From Bacteriovoracia bacterium (GTDB lineage Bacteria > Bdellovibrionota > UBA1018 > JBFWNL01), in NCBI GenBank assembly GCA_050251055.1, contig JBFWNL010000005.1, forward strand, positions 32,001 through 96,000: a DNA stretch of 64,000 nucleotides. Direction: 5' to 3'. Made by a program: the position numbers and the translations under genes. Shown here piece after piece: positions 39,213 to 49,180 of the stretch. The notes under the pieces are model-generated. The model was not told the DNA's origin. It was given only the letters and a program-made list of their open reading frames with translations, and did no database searches. Every line of letters starts with the position of its first letter. Position 1 is the first letter of the stretch.

Positions 39213-39854
39213 CTATCCTCGTAGTCCGATCACGCAAAGGACCGCTATTTTCAAAAGAGTCGTCAGGAAGTCTTGGCCGACCCGGGCGGCGCTCAGTAAA
39301 ATAAATTCGTCTTTCCACTGAACAATTAGAGGGCGCACCACCTCGAACATAAAGAAGCGGACGGTTCCATTATAGACGAGGTCAAAAGCCAGCCGGGTAA
39401 AGGTAATCACGGCCGCTCCGCTCGAGATCATCGCGAGCAGGCCCTGGCTCATCAGCGAGTTCACTACCCCGAACGCCATGAAGTATTGGAAGCGGTGCCG
39501 GCGCTTCAAGATGAAGTAGATCGGCCCCCCCAGTACGGAAGCGAAGAGGGTCATGAAGATGTTGATCATGGACTGCCGGTGGATGCGATAGTGCCCGTCG
39601 GGAGAGGTAAGAATGAAGGTGTTGTTTTCTGGCTCGGACGTCATGGGCGCGGCGATAGAGCGGGAGATGAATTCGGACGCGGTGGTGATGGTCACGTTCA
39701 CGCCCGTGAGGAGCAAGATGCTGGAGCGATTCGTCCACCAGCTTTGCATCCAGTCGCCGGCGGGACCGGTGATCACGGCAGGCAGCATGCCTTGAAAGGC
39801 GAGCCAAGCCGCCACCCAGGCGTGCCGACGCGAATTTTTTCTCACACCACCCAT
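39213..39854 (-). CDS. hypothetical membrane protein
   Basis: Several hydrophobic segments; 1-nt gap to the downstream dikinase. Confidence 0.65.
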   Translation of the reverse strand: MGGVRKNSRRHAWVAAWLAFQGMLPAVITGPAGDWMQSWWTNRSSILLLTGVNVTITTASEFISRSIAAPMTSEPENNTFILTSPDGHYRIHRQSMINIFMTLFASVLGGPIYFILKRRHRFQYFMAFGVVNSLMSQGLLAMISSGAAVITFTRLAFDLVYNGTVRFFMFEVVRPLIVQWKDEFILLSAARVGQDFLTTLLKIAVLCVIGLRG

Positions 39855-39929
39855 TTCCGCTCCTCAGACCCTATGCTTCACTCTCGACCCCGCGAGTAAC
39901 ACGCAGCGTCAAAAACTCAAAACTTTTTT

Positions 39930-40802
39930 TTATTTTCCTTCCCGTCGTCGGCGGTCTTCCTCTTCTTGTTTTTCCACTTCCTGTTCGATCTTGCGCTTGA
40001 GCTCTTCGTCGTAGTTCGGCTCCATCGGCTTCAACCGGTCGCGCGAATCCGTGGGCTGCGTCGAGGCGCTGTTTTCCGGGATGTAGATAATGTCGACCGG
40101 CGGGATGGGGCGAAAACGGGGACCGCGATCGACGAACTCCTTCAGCTCACCGACGACGCTTTCCGAGTAGGTAATCTTTATGTCCCGGGCGAAATCCACT
40201 ACGCAACGGGACGTGCCGGTCTCGCTGCGGCCGTCATGGTTACAAATCCGATCTAGCCGTACGCCATCGACGTCGGTGCTCTCGTAAGATTGTCCGCACA
40301 TCGTGCCGGTTCCGTCGGCCTTGATCACCCACTCGGGGCGGTTGCCGGTCATGGCGACCGTGCCGATCTCGTCGATGCCGAGCTTGGCAAAGTCGTAGAT
40401 GTACGTGCTCCCGTCGGCCACGTTGACCTGGGCCTTGAGGCTTCCGTCCGGGTTCCGCAAGGTGTCGCCGCGCAGGGTGTACTGTTTGTTTTTGCCCAGC
40501 GCCGAAGCAGCGAGTTTCCATTCCGCTTCCGTCGGCAGGCGCTTGCCAACGGCGGTACAGTAAGCCTTGGCCTGTTCGAAGTTCATGCGCATGGCTTTTT
40601 CCGGTCGTCGCGCGCTCGCATTGGTTTGCGCGACGTTCGTACGTCCCGTTTCCCAGATGTCGATATAGAAAGGTTTCGGCGCCCGCACGAGCACCATGTC
40701 GACGAACTCCGCGGCCGAAGCCGACAGCGGCAAACACGCACTCAGGACAAAGGCCATGGCGAAGCGGCCGGTCAAGTGATTCGCGAGCTGGATTTGTTTC
40801 AT
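39930..40802 (-). CDS. exported FGE-sulfatase/SUMF1-fold (C-type-lectin-like) protein
   Basis: FYIDIWE, AKAYC..GKRLPTEAEW, MTGNRPEWV, RCV; GAGGAG RBS. Confidence 0.82.
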   Translation of the reverse strand: MKQIQLANHLTGRFAMAFVLSACLPLSASAAEFVDMVLVRAPKPFYIDIWETGRTNVAQTNASARRPEKAMRMNFEQAKAYCTAVGKRLPTEAEWKLAASALGKNKQYTLRGDTLRNPDGSLKAQVNVADGSTYIYDFAKLGIDEIGTVAMTGNRPEWVIKADGTGTMCGQSYESTDVDGVRLDRICNHDGRSETGTSRCVVDFARDIKITYSESVVGELKEFVDRGPRFRPIPPVDIIYIPENSASTQPTDSRDRLKPMEPNYDEELKRKIEQEVEKQEEEDRRRREGK

Positions 40803-40839
40803 AAGTACACTCTCCTCGAAAAAAAATTGCATCGTTCGC

Positions 40840-43785
40840 TCAGGGCTGGGCGGCCCGCTCCAAGTTAAACTCTCGGCTGTTCAGGGGAAATTTCACGACC
40901 TTGGCCTTTACGATTGGTTTTTCCAATACCCGCAGGCCGGCGACGTTGGCAGCAATTTTATTGCCGATGAATGGTCGGATCTGCAGGAGCGCGAGCTTAT
41001 CCTCCACCATCGCCCACTCCATATCCCACTTCAGGTTCTTGGCGTTCGGGTAGCTGCGGGTCAGGTGGCGCTGGATTTGGTCGCCGACGGAAGCAAGTTG
41101 CTTGGCGTGCTCGTCCGGGATGATGGGATCGAGCCCCTGGACGGGCTGTTCGGCGAACCCGCCTTCGGGCAACAGCACCTTGCGGGTTGGGGCATATGCC
41201 TTGCGGACACGGTTTACCGTGCCCGCTTTGCGGGAAACGATGACTTCCTCGGGATTGTACTCGCCGTTCACGACGGTGATGCCCACGCCTTCATTGGCGG
41301 CGATGATTACCTCGTCGTCGAAGTCCTCAGTGGTCGTGCTACCGACGACCATAACCCCGGCCTTGGTTCCGTTGATTCCGATCTGGATCACCACGGAGGG
41401 ATACACGTCCCACGGGTTCTCGATGAGGTCTTGACGCCACGTGAGCGCTTTTTTTGTGAACGGCGAAGCCCAGACTTGCAGGATCGCCTTGATGACATTC
41501 TCCAGACCCACGACGTTCGGAATGGTTTCATTGAGACCCGCGCCTACGAATTGCGGCAGGTCCTCCGCGTTCGTGTCGCTACGCACGAAGACACCGTGCC
41601 CGGAATAAGGCGCCTTCAGCAGGAAGTTGGCGAGGGTTTTGATGATCTCCGGTTTGAGTTGGACTTTGGTCTTGATGAGTTCGCGGATGCGGTCGAGAGC
41701 GGCGGACTTCTTCGCCATGGCATCATCACTCCGGTCGTTGGCATCGAAACTCTTGAACATTGCCTCGATCTGGGCTTGTACGCCGGATTCGCGCATGTGC
41801 TCGTAGTAGACACCGAAGGGAAGCACGATCCCGTAAGGAACGTGGTTCGGGAAAACATGGGCCAATTCCCCTTGTCCGCAGGCCTTGCCGCCGGCGACGA
41901 TTCCGCGATCGGCCATGCGCAGCTGCTCGATTCGAAGCGGCGCCCGATACTCGTAAAGACCGGCGGGAACGGGCAAGCGCATGCGCTTTTCTTCGCGAAC
42001 CTGGTTGTAGCTTTTCCACACCTTGATTTCATCGGCCGTCGCGTTTGCGAACGCTTTAATCTCCACCTGGCCGTTGGGCAGGGAGATCAGCAGCACGTCC
42101 TGACCTGCCATTGGCTCCAAGCGGGCGACCAATGAGGGAGTGATGACGACATTTGGGATGCCGTGATTGCTGGCCAGGAGTTGCACGTGCGAGATAGTGC
42201 TGCCGGAATCGGTGGTGAGCAGACCCGCTACTTTGCTTAAGGAAGCCGGAGTCTTCGTCAGTACGTAAATGCGATCGGGGTGCCAGTTGTAGTTTTCATC
42301 TTGGGTTTGCTCGGCGGTCGGGATTACCAAGGTTCCGCGGGCGATGCCGGGATTCAACATGCGGTAGGCCGCGCCGATTTCCACGCCGTTTAGGATAATG
42401 CGGCTGCCGCTGTGATTCTGGAGGACGGTGTGCATTTGCGCCAAAAGATTGGTCAAGGGGATCAGGATCGTCCCTCGCACCGTGTCGTCGATAAAGCGAT
42501 CCGCCTGCGGTACGTACTCTTTGTAGCGCGCGAGGATCGGATTGTACATTTGGCGAAGGTTCTTCACGCCGTCTTGGGTGGCGGCTTCGAGTTTTTCGAT
42601 CAGAGCCAAGGCTTCTTCCACGCCGACGAGGTCTCCGGACTTGGGTTTTTCCCCCCAAGTGAACACCCGAAGGGTTTCCGGCTTGAGGAAACCAATCGAA
42701 ATTGCGGCCTTGGTCAGCGACTCGGTGATTACCCGCAAATCACCTAGCGACAGGGTGCCCTGGCTCTCCTGTAAGCGGCCGAGGTAGGAATTGGCGAGGG
42801 AGAAGATCGCCGTTTGCAGTTGGCGCAGCAGGTCCATCTGCTCGATGGAGCAATCGACCACGTAATCGATCACGCAGCCCTGGGCCCGCACCGTGCGCGC
42901 CTGGCTCGAAGCCTTCATGGCCGCATCCGCTAGGGCAGTGAGCGCGGAATTGATCTCGTCCGCGCGGGAGTTCAAGTCGGAGGCCTTGACTTTGCCGGCA
43001 AGAAATCCTGCCTGTACTTTGTATGCGGCGAATGCGGCCTTGGTAGCTGCGTCGAGCTGGAAGCGCGCGACGTACCGATCCGCGCTGCCGCCGCCGAAGA
43101 GCGCCTCAAGCTGCTCCAGGATCTCTTGGGCCGCCTGGATCACTTCCGCTCGCGCACCCTTCGCCTTTTGTTCGCTGATAAAACGCTTGGTCTGCTCGAT
43201 GGTGAGCAGTGATGGCTGCTGGTGAATCTCGTAACGGGTGCTGAGGAATGCGGGCTCGACCTTCGCGAGCGCGTGCGCAAGTATACGCACGGTGTTCACC
43301 GGCCCGGAATCCGCGTTGTGGAAGATGGTTCCGGCGAACAAGTACGCCGTGAGCAGGCGGTCGTCCGGCAGCGGGCTGCCGTCATGGCTCGATATGCTCT
43401 GATTCATGACAGAGCCTGTCGTGATGGCGTCGTATTCAGAATGCTGGTACGCCCACCGGCCGGCGAGCCAAGGCAGACCCCAGTCTTCTTGTTTGCGCAG
43501 GTACTCCTGGACGATCATTTCTCGGGGTTCCTTATGCCCGGCCATCTCGATGAGCGTGTCGTACGCGGGAAAACCCTGGGCCCGAAACTCGTCGATACCT
43601 TTTTGGATCTCCGGCGGCGTTCCCCACTTCGGATCCGACGGGTTGCGTTTGAGGGGTTCACGCTTGTAAGCGGCGATGAGCTTTTTATTCCACTCGATTT
43701 CCTTCGGTCCCGCCCAAGACGCGGTCGGTCCGAAGGCCGTGGCCATCATCAAACTCGCGGCGATGAAGCGTTCCCGAAAAAGCAT
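40840..43785 (-). CDS. exported PEP/pyruvate-binding-domain dikinase-like protein, paralog A
   Basis: Signal peptide ending SWA; same motifs as paralog B with long identical stretches. Confidence 0.88.
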   Translation of the reverse strand: MLFRERFIAASLMMATAFGPTASWAGPKEIEWNKKLIAAYKREPLKRNPSDPKWGTPPEIQKGIDEFRAQGFPAYDTLIEMAGHKEPREMIVQEYLRKQEDWGLPWLAGRWAYQHSEYDAITTGSVMNQSISSHDGSPLPDDRLLTAYLFAGTIFHNADSGPVNTVRILAHALAKVEPAFLSTRYEIHQQPSLLTIEQTKRFISEQKAKGARAEVIQAAQEILEQLEALFGGGSADRYVARFQLDAATKAAFAAYKVQAGFLAGKVKASDLNSRADEINSALTALADAAMKASSQARTVRAQGCVIDYVVDCSIEQMDLLRQLQTAIFSLANSYLGRLQESQGTLSLGDLRVITESLTKAAISIGFLKPETLRVFTWGEKPKSGDLVGVEEALALIEKLEAATQDGVKNLRQMYNPILARYKEYVPQADRFIDDTVRGTILIPLTNLLAQMHTVLQNHSGSRIILNGVEIGAAYRMLNPGIARGTLVIPTAEQTQDENYNWHPDRIYVLTKTPASLSKVAGLLTTDSGSTISHVQLLASNHGIPNVVITPSLVARLEPMAGQDVLLISLPNGQVEIKAFANATADEIKVWKSYNQVREEKRMRLPVPAGLYEYRAPLRIEQLRMADRGIVAGGKACGQGELAHVFPNHVPYGIVLPFGVYYEHMRESGVQAQIEAMFKSFDANDRSDDAMAKKSAALDRIRELIKTKVQLKPEIIKTLANFLLKAPYSGHGVFVRSDTNAEDLPQFVGAGLNETIPNVVGLENVIKAILQVWASPFTKKALTWRQDLIENPWDVYPSVVIQIGINGTKAGVMVVGSTTTEDFDDEVIIAANEGVGITVVNGEYNPEEVIVSRKAGTVNRVRKAYAPTRKVLLPEGGFAEQPVQGLDPIIPDEHAKQLASVGDQIQRHLTRSYPNAKNLKWDMEWAMVEDKLALLQIRPFIGNKIAANVAGLRVLEKPIVKAKVVKFPLNSREFNLERAAQP

Positions 43786-43787
43786 GA

Positions 43788-45983
43788 TTACTTTACGTCC
43801 TCCGCTTCGTGGGCGCCGGCGGGTGCCTCACGCCGTTTCAACTTGAATTGCGTGGTCATTTGATCCACCAGGCTGCACCAGTTCTCGGAATAGAGGCTAC
43901 CCGGCGGGTAATCCTTCACGCTGAAAGCGGGCGAGGGGTCCCCGTAGATCGGCTCGTAGGAGGTTTCTCGCGTCGGCGAGTATCCCTTCGGACACTCTTC
44001 CTTCTCATCGGCGCGATCGAGGACGCCTTCGGTGCTCGTCACGCACACGGTTCGCTGAGTATCCGACTTCACGCGCAGATGCTTGAAAAGGACCCGCATG
44101 TTTGGGTACTGGGATTTTTCTTTTTTCAGTTCGGCTTCGCGGCGCTGGTAGGCGCCTTCGCATAGGGCTTCGTCCGTTGCCTTGGATCCCGGCGATGCCC
44201 AAGCTTTCACGATCACTTGCTGGTCTTGCCCGTATGTCGACGTGCTCGTAAGCCAGGTGCGCGTGTCGGCCACGCATTCCAGCTCTCGCCACAATTGTTC
44301 CTCGAAAAGCTCGGCGCACTTGCCGCCTTCGTTCAGGAAGTAGGCCTTGTTGTCCTTCATGTAGCGCTCGCACTTGTACTTGTGCGCGGGCTTTTGGCCG
44401 ATGATGCGGGTTACGTTCGTTTGGTGCACTCCCAGGTACGGGACATCCAAGAGCTTCGCAGCCGTGCCTTCCTTCTCGGGCGTTTCGCCCACGAAGCCTA
44501 AGATGCAGGCGCCCGTAGGATCGAGGCTATTGCGCACGCGCGCGGCTTTTTCCTCGCCACCGTAGCCGTTGCCCATCACCTCGAGCGGGATAAAGTTTTT
44601 CTCGCACGCCAGGTTCTGGCGCTGGAGATCGGCGTACGCGCTCGTGCCGGTCGTCGAGACGAGGAAAATAGTCACGTCGTTGGCGATCACGAAGTCTTCA
44701 AAGCACTGCTTGTTTTCCGGCGTCCGCCAAGCATCTAGCGTGCCATGCATGTCCGCCAGCAGCACCGGATGCTGGCATTTGTAATCGTACGAGGTCCCGC
44801 CGATGAAGACGGGGGGTTGCCCGACGCGCTCGTCCTTTATTAGTTCGCCATTTTTCAAAAACCCGATCCGCGCGCGCTCCAAAGGATGTGTTTTGTCAAG
44901 GCTCTGAAATTGAGCGAGGGTGAGTTTTTTCTTGCTGACGTAACCCGTCCCGACGGCCCCGAGGTCCAGGTGGGTGCCGTCTTCGAAGACTAGGGCTAAG
45001 GAGACTTCGCTGGCCCGTGCGCCCGCGGGGAGCGAGAATTCTAGCTCCAGCTGGCGGGGAGAAATGATCTGGCCAGCTGGACCGACCGGAGAACTCACGC
45101 CCGAGGTGCCGCTGCTGGAATAGCCAGAACCCGTGACGACCCGAGGGGCGGACGAGCCACCGCCGTAGGTGCCGCTGCCCGAACCGGAAGGAATTACGAT
45201 CGCGGTGGAGCTGCGGTCCGTGGAACTCGAGGAGTTCGAGTAATAGTAAGTTCGATGGCTACGTTCGTAGGTCGTGGTCGTCTGCTTGCCGCCTTTGGCG
45301 AGGACCAGGGCGCGCACGGGGCCCTGTACATCGCTCGTGAGTTGGATCCGGATATCTTCGGCGTAATCGACGACACAGCGGACGGTAGCGCCACTATCCC
45401 AAGTGCTTTTACAGATCTTGTCCAGGGTCACATCGGCGAGCGCGAACTGGTAATGTCCCCCGCACTGCGCGGGTTTTCCGTCGGGTCCTAAGACCCACTC
45501 GTTGCGGTTTCCGGTCATCCCGACCGCGCCGATCGCGTCGACTCCGGCGTGATTATAGTCCGTTACGTCAACGCTTGAGCCACCACCGGTGTGTCCGACG
45601 TTCGCCTGCGGCTGACCTGGCTTGAACTCGAGTTTGTCGCCTTCCAGGGTATAGGACTTGTTTTGCCCGAGGTTGGACCCCGCCGTCAGCCACTCCGCCT
45701 GGGTAGGGATGCGCTTGCCCTGAGCCGCGCAGTATTGCACGGCAGTTTCATATTCCAGCCGCGGGGGATTGATCCCAGAACGTCCGGTCGGTACGTTGGC
45801 TTCTGGAAGCACGTACGCTAGCTCGCTGATGCTGGCCTCGAAGATATCCATATAGAAGGAGGCTTCGGGAGCGTTCACGAAAGTCATGTCTTGGAAGGAT
45901 TTGGGGGGTGACTGGGGAGTCACTTGACCGACCAAAGTTACGGGTAACAAGGTCCCAAAAAATTTAGCGATGACACTATGCAT
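43788..45983 (-). CDS. FGE/SUMF1-fold domain + Ser/Gly linker + HAD-like domain protein
   Basis: FYMDIFE, YC..GKRIPTQAEW, MTGNRNEWV; LLADMHGTL, FLVST, K, FVGET. Confidence 0.75.
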   Translation of the reverse strand: MHSVIAKFFGTLLPVTLVGQVTPQSPPKSFQDMTFVNAPEASFYMDIFEASISELAYVLPEANVPTGRSGINPPRLEYETAVQYCAAQGKRIPTQAEWLTAGSNLGQNKSYTLEGDKLEFKPGQPQANVGHTGGGSSVDVTDYNHAGVDAIGAVGMTGNRNEWVLGPDGKPAQCGGHYQFALADVTLDKICKSTWDSGATVRCVVDYAEDIRIQLTSDVQGPVRALVLAKGGKQTTTTYERSHRTYYYSNSSSSTDRSSTAIVIPSGSGSGTYGGGSSAPRVVTGSGYSSSGTSGVSSPVGPAGQIISPRQLELEFSLPAGARASEVSLALVFEDGTHLDLGAVGTGYVSKKKLTLAQFQSLDKTHPLERARIGFLKNGELIKDERVGQPPVFIGGTSYDYKCQHPVLLADMHGTLDAWRTPENKQCFEDFVIANDVTIFLVSTTGTSAYADLQRQNLACEKNFIPLEVMGNGYGGEEKAARVRNSLDPTGACILGFVGETPEKEGTAAKLLDVPYLGVHQTNVTRIIGQKPAHKYKCERYMKDNKAYFLNEGGKCAELFEEQLWRELECVADTRTWLTSTSTYGQDQQVIVKAWASPGSKATDEALCEGAYQRREAELKKEKSQYPNMRVLFKHLRVKSDTQRTVCVTSTEGVLDRADEKEECPKGYSPTRETSYEPIYGDPSPAFSVKDYPPGSLYSENWCSLVDQMTTQFKLKRREAPAGAHEAEDVK

Positions 45984-46219
45984 CCGCTCCCTCAATCGTA
46001 TTTAAATTTGATTAAACTCTCTCTAACTCGCTGCGTTGTACCCATGGATAACGCATGCAGTCAAGATGGAAACTCCTTTTCATTTGAGTGGTCTGGTTGA
46101 TTTTTTTGACACACTGCGTGAACTATGATTTAAGGGCGCCGGACTCAATTTTACTCAGTTATTTGGCAGCTTTTGCCACCAGTTTGCCGCTGGCTTGAGA
46201 GACGGATTGGAGAGAAAAG

Positions 46220-49078
46220 GTGACCTCAAATATCGCACGTCTATTGGTGTTTGGTTTGGCCTTACAGGGACTCGGTTGCGCGTTCAAGTCGGCTCCGGAG
46301 AGCGCCACGCCGGCGGTTTCGCCTCCTGCCGTGAGCGAAAATTCAACGTTGTTTGATACTTTTTATGCCCAGGCCCTGCGGGACGCCCAGGCGAAACGCC
46401 CGATCCTTGAAAATCCGTATTCCCTGATTCCGCAGGCGGCTCCGTCATACTTCGATGCTCAATTCGCCGAGATTGCCAACGACACGCCTGGCGATCCGTT
46501 GGAACAAAAGGCGCTGATGGATAAGGCGATGGCGTTGGGCGCCCGCTTTGGGGAAATCGACGGTACGAGCGAAGGGGTGCGCATCGGCGTTCTGCACGCC
46601 CAGAAAAAGGCGGAGATCGCGGCGGCCAAAGGAATCTATGATCGCTTCTTCGCCGATCAAGACGGTCGCGCGCTTTTCGAGAAGATCAGTTCCACGGTCG
46701 CTACTTCTCCAAATCTCAAGACGCTCGTCACTAGCACCACGGGCGAACAGAAAGACTCCGCTGCCTATAAAGTGGGGTACTTGTTCGGCAAGCAGCATGG
46801 GGACGCCACTGGTCGCAACATGCAGGGCAAAGAAAAAGGGGCGGCTGACGCGCAGTCGGGCAAGGACGACGCCGTTCGTCGTCAAGCACGCAGCGTAGGT
46901 GAGCCGGCCGGCAAGGCCCGCGCCCTCAAGTCGTATCAAGACGACCGTGATTTCAAAAACGTGAGGCAGACGGCCGATGGGCGTAGGCCTCAGGCGAGCC
47001 CGCCGGTCCTTCCGCCGGATGCCGAGGTGACCAAGCCGGATTGGACGACCGTGAAGGGTTTCAACCCCAATCCCCGCCGTCCTTTCGGTAGCATCGAACT
47101 TGATAAGGCGTACTTCGACGCCTACGCAGCGGCTTTTCAAAGTTCTGCGGAGAAGTCCTACGTTAAGGCGTTGGCGGACGCGGTGCCAGCCTTAACCAAG
47201 AGCGTGGAGTTCTGGACCGCGAAGCACTACCAAAACGCCGGCTTGGCCGATCTCATCGGCAAAGATACCCTTGTTTTTGCGGGCTATTTGGACGCATACC
47301 TCGTGGCGAAAGATGCGGCATACCTCGAGGAAGTCAAAAAAGGATTCGAAAGCGCGATGGATGCGGCGATGACGGAGTCGCTGAATCGCATGACCGAGGA
47401 AGAAGAAAAGCGGGCCCACGATGCGGAGCTTCGGCGCCTCATGCGCGAGCCAGATGTCCGCTTCGAGAATATCGTGATGGAAGACGTCGATAGCGACGGT
47501 TTGCACGCTCCGGGAGGCAGCTTCGGAGTAGCGGTTCAACTGGCCAACTACGGCGAAGCCTTCGCGGCGGGCGATTACCAGCTCTCGATGAAGGATGTTG
47601 ATGGCGCTGAATTCACTTCCGATGGGCAGCTGGTGCGCGCGCTGCCGGCCGGGGAAAAACGAAGCCGAAACACCATCACGGGTATCTTTAAATTCAAGAT
47701 TTCTCCGAACGCGACGGTGTCCAAGCGTCATGCCTTTAGTTTCGAGTTGAAGGATAGAAAAGGGGTAGTGATCGCGAGCCGCAACGGTGAGCTCGCGGTG
47801 ACGTTCCCGTTCGAAATCGCGGAAACCGCGTTGCCCAAGAACCTGGTGGCGGGCAATGCCACCACCTTGGACTTTCGCGTGACGCGAACGGCGCGGACCG
47901 AAGCGAAGGGATTGCAGGTTACCTTGACCGAAACTACGGGGGATACCGTGATCGCGGTTCCGAGCGCGACCTTCGATTCCGCGGGCGGCGCGGTAACTTC
48001 CTTGCGGTTTGACGTGAAGGCCGGTCTTACCCGGCATTCCGACGAGCGGCAGTTTAAGTTGGAAATCCGCCAGGGCGCGCAGCTGGTGGGTCTAAAGGAA
48101 GTGAAGCTCGCCACCGTGCTTGATTACTTCCCCGATCCCAATGCGCGCATTTTAGTGCTCGCTTCATCGGCCGACGAGATCAAGCGGTATTACGGACTGG
48201 CTCAGCAAATGGGAATCTCCCTGTCGGTTTGGAATCTGACGCAAAACTCGACCTTGAGCGCCGAAGCTTGGCGCGCGTTCGTGGATCGCGGTATTTTCTA
48301 CCCTTCGCCACCGGATGTGACGGCTAAGGACATTTCTCGGCCTCAGCGCGACGCCGCCGTGAGCGTGTTCCAGCAGCTGGTGCGTGGATACCTGGGCGCC
48401 GGGGGTTGGCTCGTGTATGGCGATCAGGCGGGCTCTCCGCTGAAGACCTGGCTGGATCACGCGACGGGGCCTGAATTGAAGGAAACGAACGAAAAGGCCA
48501 AGGCCGCTCGCGGCCGTGCCTTTGCGCCTTCGGTGTTCGCGCCGTTTCCGTACGGCAACTTGCCCGAGATTTTCGAGGGCAACTATTTCGACGTCAACCG
48601 TCCGGAACTCGCCCAGTATCACATCGGCCGGGTTAAAGGGATGAGCGGTCTCACCGACGCGCAGCTGCAGAATATCATCAAGGACTTCCTAGTTGTTTCA
48701 GCTCCGATCGAGAAAAAAGTGCAACAGCTGGCCGCCGCCGCGAAGGCGCGTGACCAGGCGGGCGTCGATCGCTGGAAGACGGTTATCTTGCGTGAACTAA
48801 CGAAAGAGATGAACGACGACAAGCAAATGAACGGGCAGTGGAGCGTGTTCAACACCGAAAAACAGGAAGTTCAGTTTGACACTTCCAAGTTGCTGCTGGT
48901 TCGCTTCATGAACGCCTTTTCGCAAGTGAAAGACGTGGCGGAGCTTCGCGCCGTTTGCGATCTCTACAAGCCGCTGTACGACGCCGCGGGTAAGCTCGGC
49001 GGCACGGCCAGCCGCAAGCAGAAGGTACGCGCGCTGATCAAGCCTTTGGAAGACGCCCAAAAGAAGTTGTCCAAGTAA
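46220..49078 (+). CDS. large lipoprotein (helical N-terminus, probable Ig-like central domains)
   Basis: Lipobox GLGC, 952-aa ORF, GxxxG/AY-rich helices then beta-rich region. Confidence 0.78.
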   Translation: MTSNIARLLVFGLALQGLGCAFKSAPESATPAVSPPAVSENSTLFDTFYAQALRDAQAKRPILENPYSLIPQAAPSYFDAQFAEIANDTPGDPLEQKALMDKAMALGARFGEIDGTSEGVRIGVLHAQKKAEIAAAKGIYDRFFADQDGRALFEKISSTVATSPNLKTLVTSTTGEQKDSAAYKVGYLFGKQHGDATGRNMQGKEKGAADAQSGKDDAVRRQARSVGEPAGKARALKSYQDDRDFKNVRQTADGRRPQASPPVLPPDAEVTKPDWTTVKGFNPNPRRPFGSIELDKAYFDAYAAAFQSSAEKSYVKALADAVPALTKSVEFWTAKHYQNAGLADLIGKDTLVFAGYLDAYLVAKDAAYLEEVKKGFESAMDAAMTESLNRMTEEEEKRAHDAELRRLMREPDVRFENIVMEDVDSDGLHAPGGSFGVAVQLANYGEAFAAGDYQLSMKDVDGAEFTSDGQLVRALPAGEKRSRNTITGIFKFKISPNATVSKRHAFSFELKDRKGVVIASRNGELAVTFPFEIAETALPKNLVAGNATTLDFRVTRTARTEAKGLQVTLTETTGDTVIAVPSATFDSAGGAVTSLRFDVKAGLTRHSDERQFKLEIRQGAQLVGLKEVKLATVLDYFPDPNARILVLASSADEIKRYYGLAQQMGISLSVWNLTQNSTLSAEAWRAFVDRGIFYPSPPDVTAKDISRPQRDAAVSVFQQLVRGYLGAGGWLVYGDQAGSPLKTWLDHATGPELKETNEKAKAARGRAFAPSVFAPFPYGNLPEIFEGNYFDVNRPELAQYHIGRVKGMSGLTDAQLQNIIKDFLVVSAPIEKKVQQLAAAAKARDQAGVDRWKTVILRELTKEMNDDKQMNGQWSVFNTEKQEVQFDTSKLLLVRFMNAFSQVKDVAELRAVCDLYKPLYDAAGKLGGTASRKQKVRALIKPLEDAQKKLSK

Positions 49079-49180
49079 CGGTGCTGTCTAGGGCTTAGAC
49101 AGCTGCCACAACCCTGTCCGACCCGGGCACTCGTGCGCGTGGCGAGCGAGGTCTGGCGCGAGTTTGGCGACGCCTTATCC

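Noticed and set aside
36299-43785. Calling the dikinases ppsA, ppdK or rifampin phosphotransferase
   Set aside because: Domain order is reversed, no pyruvate-binding barrel, and signal peptides are present
39930-45983. FGE/CLec proteins as diversity-generating retroelement targets
   Set aside because: No reverse transcriptase and no template/variable repeat pair with adenine-specific differences seen in the window
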